Below, piece by piece: positions 51,060-64,000 of a stretch of 64,000 nucleotides of DNA (position 1 is the first letter of the stretch; each line of letters starts with the position of its first letter). The notes beneath the pieces were generated by a model. That model ran no database searches. It was not told the origin of the DNA and saw nothing but the letters and a program-made list of their open reading frames with translations. The DNA is from Lama glama (lineage: Eukaryota). The DNA lies in the NCBI GenBank assembly GCA_028534125.1, contig CM052832.1, positions 21,082,001 to 21,146,000 on the forward strand, read 5' to 3'. A program made the position numbers and the translations under genes.

Positions 51060-51190
51060 TGTATGTAGTATACTTTACATATTATTTTATATATTTATAA
51101 ACATAATTGTATATTTTTATATATGCTAGATATATATATATATCTATTGCAGAAGTATATGTATATTTTTTACATATAATATATTTTTAA
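51060..51190. repeat. AT-rich (TA)n low-complexity tract
   Basis: Multiple tatata runs. Confidence 0.8.
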
Positions 51191-54169
51191 AAAGTCAAAG
51201 ACAGAAATAGAAGATACCAAAGTGTTCATATAACTATCTCTGGGTGGAGGAATAATAGATTTTCTTTTCCTCTTTTTCACTTTTCCATATTTTCTACAAT
51301 AAACATATATTCTTTTTATATTAATAAATAAAACACTGTGGAGTCAGCTATGCCCCCAGGAACCCCTTCATCTCCCGATCCTAGCTCCACAACCTAACAA
51401 GCACAGTCAACCTAGGAGAGCAGGGAAATCAGTTACTTGAGTCCCTATTGTAGTTATTAACTTATACAGAGATCCCAGGTTTGCTAATTCAGCTATAAAT
51501 TTACATTTGCCCACAGGCACTGAAGTGAAAAAAAAAAAAAGTAGGCCAATTCTAAAATAAATCATCTGGTGGGCAATTAAAAACTTGATAAAAACTGAAG
51601 GGAAGAGAGAATCAGAACCCTATAGGTTAAATCCTATTAAAACAAATTCCATATGAATGTTTCTACCCTCTCATGAGGGGCTTTTGGGCTGGATTCAGGT
51701 TAACATCAAAGATTGCTTAAAACAATCGAATATTTAAAGTCTTTTAAGAAACTATATATTTAAAATAATCCCAATAACAATTTTTATTTTGAAAGACAAC
51801 ACTGAAAGGGGCAAAAAGCTGCATCATCTACGTAACTGTGGGTTATGGGAAGATGAAGGCTCCAAGATGCTACAAATAACCCAACGTGTGTATTCATCAA
51901 ATGCCTTGGTCTTTTGTCAAACCATAAAAACTAAAATCATTTCTGCTGCTCTTAGTTGTTAATCTCTCACACGAGACTGGTTCCACTATTTGAATGCAAA
52001 TTTGAAATCAATGTCAACCATCCTATCAAGGCTAAAACAGAATCAATGCTCTTCAAGGGTTGCAGGGACTACCTGCTGTATTTACTGTTAGAATCGAGTG
52101 AATCTGTGATACCTTACTATGTATTTGTTCATTCGATTAGCAGAATCATGTCTTGATGATACTCTGGTTTGGATATCTTTCTTTAGGATTCCAAAATCAT
52201 TAAGGTTTATGCATTCATAATCTGAGAGGCCCAAGGGAATAGGCCTGAAGGCCCCAGGAGCGCTTAAAAGCTAGTTGGGAAGAAAAGGGCCTGCCTAAAT
52301 TGCTTTTGGAGAGCAGCGGACCGTGAAGTTCCTTTGTGAGCTCAGATAAGCTTGGACTGAAGAGGGTTCCCATACACTCCCGCCAACCCCAAGTACAGTA
52401 TCTGCCTCTGTGAGTGTCTAGCCTGGACCCTGACAGCCCATCCCAATGACCCTGTTCTTTTCGCGTGACTGTGTATTTATTACAAAGGTTGTGCAGGAAT
52501 GTTTCGTGCCCTACAACCCAAAGCTCTCTTAACAACCAAGCTTGGGAGCAGCAATCCAGACTTTGCACCAAATAATATCTGGAGGTAAAGAGAAGGTGAG
52601 AAAGGGGAAGACGGCCTCAATTTCAGAGGCATGACAGTGTATACTTGGTAATTATGCACTATTTACATAAAGCAGCATACACATGATTCTAAGAATCTGA
52701 TTTACAGAAAAATCCTGTAACCCACAAAGACCAAAAGATGAAAAAATCGAGTCAGTCACAGAAATAACAAGTATATTTCTTCCACAACATTTTACTAAAT
52801 CTCTGGTCCACGTATTACTTTCTGTTTAATAAAAGAAGAAAAAAAAAATACTTTCTGGTTTTCCAATATAAAAAGCCAACTTCAAAGGAGCTTTATAAGT
52901 ACCATAAGGTAATATTGTCACCCAGGCAATTTCAAAAGGCCTTTCAAACCACTCTCAGATAACTAATCTGTTATCTAGCAACTCACACGAGAAAACATCT
53001 TTAAAGAGTCCATAAACAATCATTATCTTTAAATAGAATCCTTAAAAATGAAACCCCCTGGATACCAAAGATTTGTTTTTCATTTTTACCTCCCCCAGAC
53101 TCTACTTCAGAAGCCTTTCTCAACCTTTTCAGTTAGAAAAAAAAATCTTTAAATCAAAAGCTAACAAGAGAGCAGGTATTACAACAGATTGTGTAAAATT
53201 CACGTTGCAAAAATGGGTTTGAAATAAAAATCCATGAATTCAGAGAAAAGGCAGAGGCAATAAAAGTATACAGGCTTACATGAGGAAAAATCTTTACATA
53301 ATCATTTACTTTTCCATTTTAATTAAACTTGAATTCCAAATGATGCTCAGTTTATTAACAAGATAATTCTTTATAAGTCACAACTGAGCAGGTTCCGTAA
53401 GAATTTTATGGTTTGTCAATATCTAATGGTAGAGAGTAATCTCAGAATTTAGTGAGTCAATAAAAGAAAAGGCAATCACAATACCCCCACATTGAGAACT
53501 CCTTTGCAGACTTGGGGCAGTGGGGGTGGACAGTGTCAAGTCACTTTCAACAACAGCAATTAAAGCAAAAGCTTCAGCACTGAGTGTTTCATATGTCCCT
53601 CATCCACCTCATCCCCCTCCCCAATCATCAGCTCCCTGATGCACAGTACGTATTTCAAGAGATGAAATTAGACATTTTCAGGGCCGGAAAATATTCACAG
53701 ATCACACGAATAGTTATACATAGCAGATCATCGAAATAAATTTTGAATCACCAAAATTTACTGTTAGCCAGAGTGCTCTCTTTACCCCAGTGAGCTCTAC
53801 TGACTACAAGCTATTTATAAGATAGACTCCACTTTAAAGCTAAGACCTCTACCAAAACACAATTCCAGACTTCCAATGTTCTGAAACAAATGTCCTATTT
53901 AGGTTAAGCATAAATGAATGAGTGATTGTGTGTGCACATATGTATAGATGGGGAGAAAAGGGCTGAGAAGATGTGGAGGAAGAGACGAATATATTAAGAA
54001 GAAATTCCCCTGAATTCAACATGAGGGATTTGGAAATCCAGGAGGCAGTTCAATCTAGTATGAAGTAACCATTGCTGAAGTAAGAAGAAATCTGAAAACA
54101 CATATCTTAAAATTCTGCATATTCTTGAATAAGATATAACTTGAGGATGGCAAAAAAAAAAATCTTGCA

Positions 54170-54510
54170 ATTACAACCTGGCATTTGGCATTGCAAAGCT
54201 AAGTCATGTGCTACTTTTTCTAGCAATCATTTCTATTTAATATTTACCCAAAAAAAAAGGAAAGCTAATGCTAATTAAGTAGCCCAACTCAAAAGCTTGA
54301 GATGTTATACAGAGAAACACTTCTGTCAAAGAAGAAAACAGCCCTTTCTCCACTGAAATTACACTGAAACTGACCTCTCCTTATGTGACTAATTCCCATT
54401 GCATAAGCGTTAATGCAAATCTGGCAACTTCTCCAGCGATTTACACTCACACCCTCTTTTACACAATTGCTATTAGTTGTGCTAAAAACTCATCTGTCAC
54501 GTCCACATTT
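54170..54510. promoter_or_regulatory. Candidate developmental enhancer
   Basis: Octamer ATGCAAAT at 54413-54420, ctaatgctaattaa at 54265-54278, TTGCATAA at 54399 and a MEIS-type CTGTCA at 54494. No repeat recognised. Confidence 0.35.
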
Positions 54511-55004
54511 TTTCTAAGATAATAATCCCTCCAGTAGAGTCACTGAAAGGCCACGGCAGAACAACCAAATGTAGAGGGCACTGAGAATTGAATAAGCCCA
54601 TTGTCTGGTTTGGAACAAGAGGTCTGTATTCACGATGAAACCAGAGTAAAAAACCAAAGCAGAACAAATACTTAAAATTCAGAAACAAGTCAAAAGTAGC
54701 TGAAAACCCACTCCAATTTTAAAACTCCCATTTCTATGCTTGGTATCAGTTTGTATGTTTCCATTAAAAAAATTAAAATATGGAGATGATATAAATGTAT
54801 GAGGGCAGCTCTTTGATATAAGAAAGTGTTTGTTGTTGTTGTTTTATTTCTCCAAGACATTTACAGTGCCTTTTGCAGAGGCAGAATGGCCTTCCTATTC
54901 TAAAAGCTTCTGAAGTGAATTAGAGATGAATCAACTTATTAAGCACTCAATTTCATGCTTTGGCGAAAGATATAAATCATAGTAAAAAATATATCTATTA
55001 TTAA

Positions 55005-55110
55005 ACAGTTTCATCTAAATTACCTTACTTAATCCTGGTAACAACCCTGTAATGTAGGTCTGATTGGCCTTAATACAGATGAGAACCTTGGGTCTTAGTG
55101 TCAGGATACT
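55005..55110 (-). mobile_element. MIR fragment
   Basis: ttaatcctggtaacaaccctgtaatgtagg...tacagatgagaacctt. Confidence 0.6.
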
Positions 55111-55659
55111 TGCCCTGTTTTCTGGCTGGCCAGCACCTTTGAAACACCCTGGATGTAGCCGGGTCATTTTTGGCTTTCTGAGTCCCACTTTACCAAGACA
55201 GAGCTTAAGAAAGTCAGCTCTCCAGCCTTCTCTGCAGCTTCGGTGACTTCAGCACCACCCATTGGATTCACCCTTGCAAAACCGACATTCACATGTGAAC
55301 AACTAGACGAAAGACCATACAAAATGGTGTGGATTCCAGTTGTTTTTACTGGTCAAGATGGCAACAGAGGTGTCCAGCTTAGGGGACCAACACTGGTGGC
55401 AAGGCTGAGTTCCCAGAGTAGCACGACTGCCAGCAGCAGATGCAACACAGCAGATTTCCTGGCAGCAGTGCAGACTGCAGCCTCTAGTGCTCAGTGGGCC
55501 AGCACGGGTGGTGGAAGATTCCTCTCTGGGCCAGTTCTCTGGCATGGCTCTGAAAACTGTTCCTAAAAATTTAACTGTGTTCCTAGTTCTTCAGTGCTCC
55601 CAAGGAGGGCTCTCTCCCACGAGCTTCCCAATATCCTGTCAATAAGCTTCACTTCTGGT

Positions 55660-56010
55660 TAGAGTGCATTTTCTGTTGCTTGCACTCCTGACTCTTTTGT
55701 GAGGTTGGCACACAACGTTCATTCTCTTTGGAAATTCTTCTCCTTTAAGCTGAGTCCAAAAAGATCCAAGACAGCCAACCAAGCAACCTTTCAGCTGAGT
55801 CCAAAAGGATATGAGAGATTCAAGCAAGCAAAACTGGGGAAAGAAGAATGGCAACCTAGGCAGAGGGCTTAGCAGTGCAAAGGCTCTGTGGTAGAAAAGA
55901 TGACTAATGAGTTGTGAATGAGATGGGGAAGAATTTGATGAAATGAAGCAAATGAGTGAACAGAGGCCAGTGCACAAGGGCATGGTAGGGCCTGCCGACT
56001 TCTGGCTCTG
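55660..56010 (-). mobile_element. Degenerate L2 fragment
   Basis: tttcagctgagtcc...ctaggcagagggcttagcagtgcaaaggctctgtggtagaaaaga. Confidence 0.55.
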
Positions 56011-56227
56011 CATATCAAAAAAAAAATTCCTTATTAAGCCAAAACAGAAGCATTCATAAGCAACAAACACATTCAACTTTTACCCTGAGAAGTTTCAGAG
56101 TAAGCCTACAGAATGAGCTTTCAAACAGGTAAAGACAGCAATCATCTTTCCACATAGCTCTCCTTTTTTACAATGAAACCACCTCAGCTTCTTCAACTAC
56201 CCAAGTAATATCCCCACCATTATCATC

Positions 56228-56440
56228 TAGTGGTGAACACAATGGACTTGAACTGAGGAAACTTGGATTTGAGCCCTGATGCTAGACTTACTAGATGCAT
56301 AAGCTTAAGGAAATCACTTATGTTATCTGGGAAGGTTGACCACATTCAAAAAATACAGAAGAATCTGCTGCCCTCCACATCACATAGAATTATTCTAAGG
56401 TGTGGGAGCCCCATACAACACTACGTATTGGCAGTAAGGA
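56228..56440 (+). mobile_element. MIR SINE
   Basis: ttggatttgagccctgatgctagacttactagatgcataagcttaaggaaatcactta. Confidence 0.65.
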
Positions 56441-56574
56441 GTAATCGTGATGCTGATGAGAGTAGTTATTGTTCATAGGAAATGGTCTCCTAAAGGATAA
56501 ACAGGAATATCAATATGCTGAAGTCCTCAGCATTCCTAATGTGTCCAGAACTGAATACGGTATAGTGTTTTAAA

Positions 56575-56732
56575 AAGTAATTTTGTCACAAGAGAAAAAA
56601 AGACAATATGAGGTAATGGATGTTAATTTAACTTCTTATAGTGATCATTTTGCAACATGTACATCTATCAAATCATGTTATATACCTTAAACATATACCA
56701 TGTTACAGGTCAGTTACATCTCAATCAAACTG
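56575..56732 (+). mobile_element. Short L1 3' end
   Basis: tgaggtaatggatgttaatt...atcaaatcatgttatataccttaaac...tcagttacatctcaat. Confidence 0.8.
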
Positions 56733-57859
56733 GGGGTTAAAAACTCAGCAATGGTTAACCTTTTAGCATGATGTTCTACCCTTTTTTTGGCCTCCTTACT
56801 GAATAGTAGGTTTCATGAAAAGTCATTCAGGGTGCAACATTGAAATAAACAGCCTGATAATAGTAATTGTGCTTATTAAAAGTTTTCTAGGTGTCAGATA
56901 CTGTGCTAAATGCTAATAAAAATTTAAACATTTAAATTAAAAAATAAAAGTAGTTTGACCAATGCAAGGTTACTTTGTAATGATTTATCTCTCTAATTCT
57001 GAATTATTTCAGGGCAAGTTGATATGAATGTTTTGGCTCTCATGGTTTTGACCTCAAATGAACTCACAACATAAAAGACATAAATAAATACACTAGCATA
57101 ATACATTATTGTAAGAGCTAAAATATCATTTTCAAAAGGACACCTCTGCCTTAGTCATCTATCTCTGGGTTCTAGTGCCAGCACCTAAAACACATTAGGC
57201 AAGCAATACATTTTCGATGCCTGATTGAATACACGTATGATGTACAGGTAGTCACAGAAGAGCACACAGTAGATAAAAATATTTTAATTATAAAATGAAA
57301 GTAAATCCTTTATATCTATTAAGTAAACTGTATTTATAAATATTAAAAATAATAATAGTGAAAGCTAACCTTTATGATCACATTTTCATGGTCCTAGACA
57401 CTATATGCTTAGTGCTGCACATGGATCAACTCAGGTAGTAACTAATGGCTGGACAGTGGAGAGAGAGGTCTGAGAAGATCTCACAGGAGAAGTGGTGCAT
57501 TTTTAAGTATGAGTTGGCCATCACTATTAAAACAAGGTCATGTTCATCTTCTTCACCCACATCTAGCCAAATCGTTTCCTAATTTGAACATTAAGGATAA
57601 CTTGATAAATTAACAAAGCAAATTCTTAGAAATCAATTTAGTTTGGCCATCTGCACAATCAAATCCATGATAACCAATTTTGAAACATTTCATTTAATCT
57701 TGAGTACATCTGACCACCTAACAGTATGGAGATGGCAGATTTATAGTATTATTAAATAAAATTACTTCTTTGCCCTCTACATCTTCACTCATCAAGGAGG
57801 TCACACTGGAAACTCCAACAGCAACAAGACTGAGACTCACAGGGCTTAAAAGGAAACTT

Positions 57860-58836
57860 CGGAGATCTGAACAGACATTTTTCTAAAAACATACAGACAG
57901 CCAACATGGTACATGTTTCATGGCACATGAAAAGATGCTCAACATCACTAACCATCAGGAACATGCAAGCCAAAACCACAATGAGTTCCCGCCTCACACC
58001 TGTCAGGTGGCTATTACCAAAAAGACAAGAAATAACAAGTGTTGGAGAGGATGTGGAGAAAAGGGAACCCTCGTGCATTGAGGCTGGGAATGTAAATTGG
58101 CGCAGCCACCATGGAAAACAGTATGTAGGTTCCTCAAAAAATTAAAACTAGAACTTCTATATGATCCAGCTATTCCACTGCTGAGTATTTATCTGAAGAA
58201 AATGAAAACACTAATTTGAAAAGATATATGCAATCTAATATTCATTGTAGCATTATTTACAATAGCCTAGATAAAGAAACAACCTAAGTGTCCATTGGTG
58301 AATGAATGCATAAAGAAAATGTATATAGGTGTGTGTGCGCGCGCACAGAATGGAATATTACTCAACCATAAAGAATAATTCTGCCATTTGCTACAACATG
58401 GATGGTACTTACAGGCATTATGTGAAGTGAAATAAGTCAGACAGAGAAAGATAAGTACCATATGTTCTCACTTATATGCAAAATTTAAAAAAAAAAAGAA
58501 AAAGAAAACAAACTCATAGATACAGAGAACAGATTTATGATTCAGAACAGGGGGTGAGCAAAATGAGTGAAGGGATTCAAAAGATATATTTCAGTTTAAA
58601 AATAAAATAAATAATTCCCAGTGACTATAGCTGATAATACTGTATTGCATATTTGAGAGCTCTAACAGAGTAAATCATAAAAATTCTCATCAAAAGAAAA
58701 AAATTCTGTAACCATGTGTGGCCACGGATGTTAACTAGACTAGGGTGATCGTTTCACAATATATAAAAGAAGCAAATCCCTTTGCTGTACACCTGAAACC
58801 AATATTATGCTGTAGGTCAGTTATACCTCAATAAAA
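57860..58836 (+). mobile_element. L1MA-like 5'-truncated element with ORF2 C-terminal remnant
   Basis: ORF 57906-58145 ([20 protein letters not shown]...LTPVR) followed by a 3' UTR ending in tcagttatacctcaataaa. Confidence 0.93.
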
Positions 58837-59705
58837 CATAAGGAAATTCCACAGATTTGCCCAAGCTATCCCAGCAAAACATGAAAATCCATTGCATTCC
58901 AAAAAAAAATTAATAACTTACACGACATTCCATAGCCCACCTCAGAAGGACATTTCAATGTTTACCAACTCTCCCCATCAGACTGTAAGGAAAGCAATTC
59001 TGACGCGCAAAGACATGGGCATGCGTTTCCAGATAGCAAAATAGTCTGTAGGTTAAAAGAGAACAGTCAGCCAATGCTCAAAACTGGAAGTTGAAGAGAA
59101 TACTAATAAATGGCAACAAGACTAAGACACCATGGGGAAGAGGAGCTCTTCCTAGAATTGTTTAATCCATTACACTCATGCCCACCTATTTGAGTATATT
59201 CAGAACCTAATGTGATCACACCCTGATCTTCCTTTACATTTTAATTAAGATTAGTTGAGCATGTAAATGAGTTTTGAGCATAATATCCGAGGGTGAACAA
59301 GACTGTTAAGAATCAGAATAGGTCCATCAGAAAAGGAAAAGTGAGGAAAGGCAATCCTTGGGGAGTCTTGATCCTCAAGGTAAGGGCACCAGAAGGTGAT
59401 TAAGGTTAGTGGCATTAAGAAGTCAGCTGGGAGCACTTTCCATTTAGATCCTTCCTTGGAAGGGTGCCCAATCATGATGAAGGCAAGGAAATGCTGCAAG
59501 TGTGAGCAGAACTTTAGTATCAACACTGTTTTGTTTCTCAGTTCTAATCGGCTATCCGCCTATTTCCGCATCTGAGTATCATGCCTTTAAAACAATGAAA
59601 AACCTAGTGACACCGTCTTGACTCATAATTACCTTGATAACTAGGATATCCCTGTGTTATATTTTGCCTGACTTGTGTAAAACTTGTCATTCACCACTTG
59701 GTAAT

Positions 59706-59900
59706 ATTTTTTTTATTTTAATTTTTAAATTTTTTTATTGAAGTATAGTTGATTTATACTCTTGTGCTAGTTTCTGGTGCACAGCATAGTAATTCAGTTA
59801 TACGTATATATATATTCTTTTTTGTGTTCTTTTCATTATAGGTTATCACAAGCTATTGAATATAGTTCCCTGTGCTCTACAGTATGACCCTGTTGTTTAC
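59706..59900 (-). mobile_element. Cetartiodactyl-type L1 3' end
   Basis: ttttattgaagtatagttgattta...ttgaatatagttccctgtgctctacagta. Confidence 0.9.
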
Positions 59901-60254
59901 TTCGCAACCTTTTGATTCATTTTCATCCCTGTTTATTCTGTTCTTCACGTTTCCTTGTATATTGTGTTTAAGTGAATGTATGTGTGTATAAAATGATTAT
60001 AGGTATATACATGCAATCTAAAACTGAGTCTTATCCTAGTGGTTTAAAGTTAGGCAAACTCAACCGTAGGTACCAGATCTGCAGACTAATAAACTGAAAT
60101 ATTTTCGCTGTCACACTTTGTCTTCAAACTAAATATCCTTAATTTTTCAGGATTTTCCTCCAAAGTCATTATTTCCTACCATCAACAGAGATGCAAGCTT
60201 CATAAAAGATCTGTCTGTAAGTCACAGGCTCCTCTATCTGCAGATCAGCATCAT

Positions 60255-61250
60255 CGTAGGCCATTTATTTCTAAAAATTACTTCAGTTAATATTTATTTT
60301 ATTCATCAGCTTAGGTAGAGGGCTAAGGTGTAATGCTCAGAACCCAAACTCTGCAATCTGCAGAGAACTGATTTTGTATCCATACAATTGCTTCCTGCAG
60401 TGGACTGCCGGAGGACAGCCATGGGAATTTCAATGACCGAGTTACCCGGGAAAGCAGGCTTATTTTTAGTAGTGGGGAGGTTGGAGGGGTTGATGCGGGA
60501 AACGTTGATTTAATTTATTTTATTGCCTGCGAATCTGTTTTGGAAAGGAGAAGCACAAGTTGATTAATTAGCAAATTCAGTAAATTGTTTACCCAGTTGT
60601 GTGAATCAGTGTTTCCCTGAATTTAGTTTAGCTTCATTTTCTGCGTTCAAATCTATCCACTAGGTAAGACGTTAAAAGCAAAAGCCCTCCCATCCTCCGG
60701 CTCTGGCAAATATCTTTTCACATGTTAATTTGATCTTTTTGTGATTGGAGGCAGATAGAGTTCACAATTCCACCCTCTCCTCTTCCATCCCGCCAGCCCC
60801 AGCACATGGATAACACACACAGAGATGACAGAAAATTACAGATAATAGAAAATTGACTGCATTGCTCTATCTTCCTTTTCATGCTTCTCAGTTGTTAGCA
60901 TTTGTTTTTTCCTGCTGACTTTAGTTTTCAATTTTATTTCTAGCCGATATTACAACCTAAAGGGAAGTAAGACACTTTCTCTATTAATGACAGCATATTT
61001 TAAGATTATCAGAAAAGAATTACTAGAACAAATTGCCTTATTAAAAAAACCAATTGTTAAATTTCTCAAAATTTTGCTAGCTTTTTCCTTCTTCGTTCTC
61101 TTAATGACCTTTCTTAGGAAGTTCCTTTCATCTGACTTGCTCCACAAAATCGTTCCTGATTCATTTGTTACTAAGATTTACAAAAGTACAGCTGTTCAAA
61201 CAAAGTGCTGGCCTATGAAAGCCTGGGAATATTGGGAAAGATAATCAAAT
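60255..61250. promoter_or_regulatory. Candidate conserved non-coding element or enhancer
   Basis: About 1 kb repeat-free. TGATTTAAT 60506, TTTTATTG 60518, PBX-HOX-type TGATTAAT 60561 and FOX TGTTTAC 60586. Confidence 0.4.
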
Positions 61251-62029
61251 TAAAATTCCAGCTATACATTCTTTAAACAAAGTGCAGACAATTTTGATTT
61301 TTTTTATGTTGAAAACGTACGTATTAAAATAAAAAGGGCAAGCTCTATAGCATCATAGACTACATTTTTCCATTTAATGACCTGGATGACATGTTCAGAA
61401 AGAGAAAAACGTATTAATTTAGCAACAATCAAATGTGCTTTTCTAGAAATCAAAAAAAAATTTTAATTAAAAAAAAAAACTTGAAGATCCAAGAGAACAG
61501 GGCCTCAATAACCTAGCAGTTGGGGACCACTGGACATTATTTGGCTCAAAGTGACAAGCATAAAATATGAGTGCTGGTGACCTGGACACAAGAGTGTTGG
61601 GTGGCTTCTGATAAACACCAGACATCATTGATTTTCAGCTAAAGGTGGAACTAGCTGTGCTTTCAATTCAGGGGCTGCAAAAATCACCTTCTCTAAGGAA
61701 GTTTACATCTCTCTAATTCTCTGAAAATAAAAAAGACTACAGGATCACAGTCTCCCTCAAACTACCGAGGCATCCGCTACTGGCCTGGAAATTCAACAGC
61801 AGAGAGAAAACTCAGAATGGGAGTGCATCATGCTTCTGATTTATTCCTCTCGTCTCCAATGCACCTACTCATTGCCTGAGCAAGCAGGGAACGCAGAGGC
61901 TTCCTAGATCAGTTCTGATAGTTTTTGAATTACACTGAAATTACCAACCCACCCCCTCGTAGATAAATATTGTGTTTCCCAGATCAAGAAAGAGCATCCT
62001 CTTCTTGCTGCCCAAGACCCGCCCCCGCC

Positions 62030-62560
62030 ACCTCCAGTCAGTCAACAAGTCCCATTTAAAATCTACCTCCTGAACCTCTCTGGACTCTGGCCACGTCTCT
62101 ACACTCCTGCAGCCTCTCCCCCAGTTAGGGCTACTGTTATCTCCCATCCAGATTGAGCAGAAACCTCGAAACTGGTGTATCTTCAACTTTGCCTTACTCC
62201 ATCCACTCTTCACACCAGCTAAACTGATCCTTCTAGGAAGCAAATCTCCTATCGGCATTAGGAAGAATTCCAGACACCTGGACATAGTTCAAACCATGAT
62301 TGGGCTCTGAACAAAGCTTCAGCCCAACCTCTCTGCTTCCACTTCACACTCCAGAGTACAGCCAGGCTGCGTGCTTTTCATCCTCCACACACACTCACAC
62401 GCACTCTCTCTCTCTCACCCTGGACTTGGCACATACTCCTACAAACACCGGCACCATCCTCACTGTACCATCCTCCCTCTCCCTCTTAAAGTTTAACCTA
62501 TAAGAGTAACACTTAGTAGGTGTTCAATAAATACTTGTTATTGGATAAAGGAATGAACCA
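62030..62560 (+). mobile_element. L2 fragment(s)
   Basis: cagtcaacaagtccc...atccactcttcacaccagct...cacttagtaggtgttcaataaatacttgtt. Confidence 0.75.
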
Positions 62561-63329
62561 GATGATGCTATGAGGTATATGACAACGTGGCTTTTTTTAA
62601 CATTAAAATTACTTCTCAGACTCTGAACAGGGGGCAGAACATGGAAATCCAGTTATGCAGGTTACACTGGCGCTGGGTCTAAAGTAATTTCCTTGTCCCA
62701 TCAGGCGCAAGATGACCTAGATGCAGTATTCGACTGTTTGTTGCTTCTATTTCATCAACACCACGGGCCACTACCCTTTGACGTCAGGCGGATGCATAGC
62801 CAGCTGAGAAAGGGCAGCAAGGATTACACCATTAGTCTAACTCAGATCCCGAGTCAAAGTGCTGAAATGAGAAACACTTAAAGTTCTCCCTTACTTCTCT
62901 TCATTCTAATCAAACAAATAAACAAGCAAACGTATATTCAAGAGGACCCTCCCTCCCACATACACACATACACTCTAAAGTGATTTTGTGGTAATTTGGC
63001 AATCACCTTGCCTGACCCTGAATTTTGCTTAAGCTTCCTTGATCATTCCTTGGAGTGTGATGCAGTAGTTCCTCTGGCCAATTACAGTCCCTATTTACTA
63101 TTTACCCCAGGCAAGAACTGAGATCTGAGTGTAGATGTTTACTCTAAAAAAAGCTGATAGTCAGAACCGGCTTTTACCCATTCAGAAGCACCCAGTGGCT
63201 ACAACAGAAAATCCAGACTACTCTGCGTGGGAAAGCTGTGGGGGAGAGGGGTTGGTGCTTAAAACCACTCAGAGAATCTACACACCACCCTTCTATCTCA
63301 CCCCAGCTATGCCTGGGCCCAACCTACAC

Positions 63330-63660
63330 TCCAGGAGTACTACCCAGAGAACCTTCCTCTGTGCTTTGCCCTGGCTCTTCCCTCCACTTGGAATGTCGCC
63401 ATTCCAGTCGCATTCCTCACCCTGTCCTGTGCCTGGCACCCCCAAGCAGAATCAGGTAGTCTCTCTGGCCTTCCTTCCTTCCTTCTCTCAAGCCACTTAA
63501 CACATTAGATATTGCAAAGACCACTCATGGATCTGTCTCCCTTACCAAGGTGAGAACAGATTAGAAGCAGATACGGTATCTTACCCATACTGATATCCTC
63601 GGTGTATAAAATAATCCCCAGTATACGGTAGTCAATGAATGGTAATTTAATGAACGAATC
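63330..63660 (+). mobile_element. L2 3' fragment
   Basis: gtgctttgccctggctcttccctccacttggaatg...ggtagtcaatgaatgg...aatgaacgaat. Confidence 0.6.
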
Positions 63661-64000
63661 TGCTTCATTCATACAACAAAATTATCAGAACCTGACTGTA
63701 GCTCCATCCATCTCAAGTCTATACATCATAAATATCAATGGAAAACCAAACACGTAAGGGCGACCATTTACTTGCTGTGCAAATCCAGGGTCAATTACAA
63801 GACTAATTGTCATAGCTACAAGCAAACAGCTCAGCCTCTGACAACATAACTTTGAATTGTGGTTCCAAATTGATCAGCATTGGAAACAATTCAAAAGAGA
63901 ATGTTGAGAGGTTTTAAGAGATACTGACTGGCCTTTTTATGATACGCTCAGCCCCTGTTCACTGGATACCAGCAATCAGCTTGGCTTGCTTCACTTGGGA

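Noticed and set aside
55742..55810. Repeat-spacer-repeat arrangement resembling CRISPR
   Set aside because: Only two imperfect copies, in mammalian DNA, with no cas genes.

Overview
Mammalian non-coding genomic DNA, most likely from a camelid (alpaca, llama or camel). The species call rests on two Vic-1-type tRNA-derived SINEs and cetartiodactyl-type young L1 3' ends; I saw no Alu, B1, BovB, PRE-1 or Can-SINE. I found no recognisable host protein-coding exon, RNA gene or prokaryotic-type system, and the only ORFs with a recognisable product are decayed L1 ORF2 C-termini. The window is a mosaic of L1, L2, L3/CR1, MIR, MER5, Tigger/MER82, MER21 and LTR33-like remnants. Between them lie repeat-free blocks rich in homeodomain, FOX, POU and AP-1 motifs that look like enhancers. 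An A-rich + strand and mostly + oriented L1s suggest a long intron of a gene on the - strand, which I cannot name. A 500-N scaffold gap lies at 18029-18528. I did not find a convincing novel biological system. The best leads are a CpG-retaining MER21 LTR, a strong 44-nt candidate exon, several candidate enhancers, an inverted SINE pair and a three-level nested transposon. Repeat family names are from remembered consensus sequences, and boundaries are approximate unless TSDs or TIRs are given.
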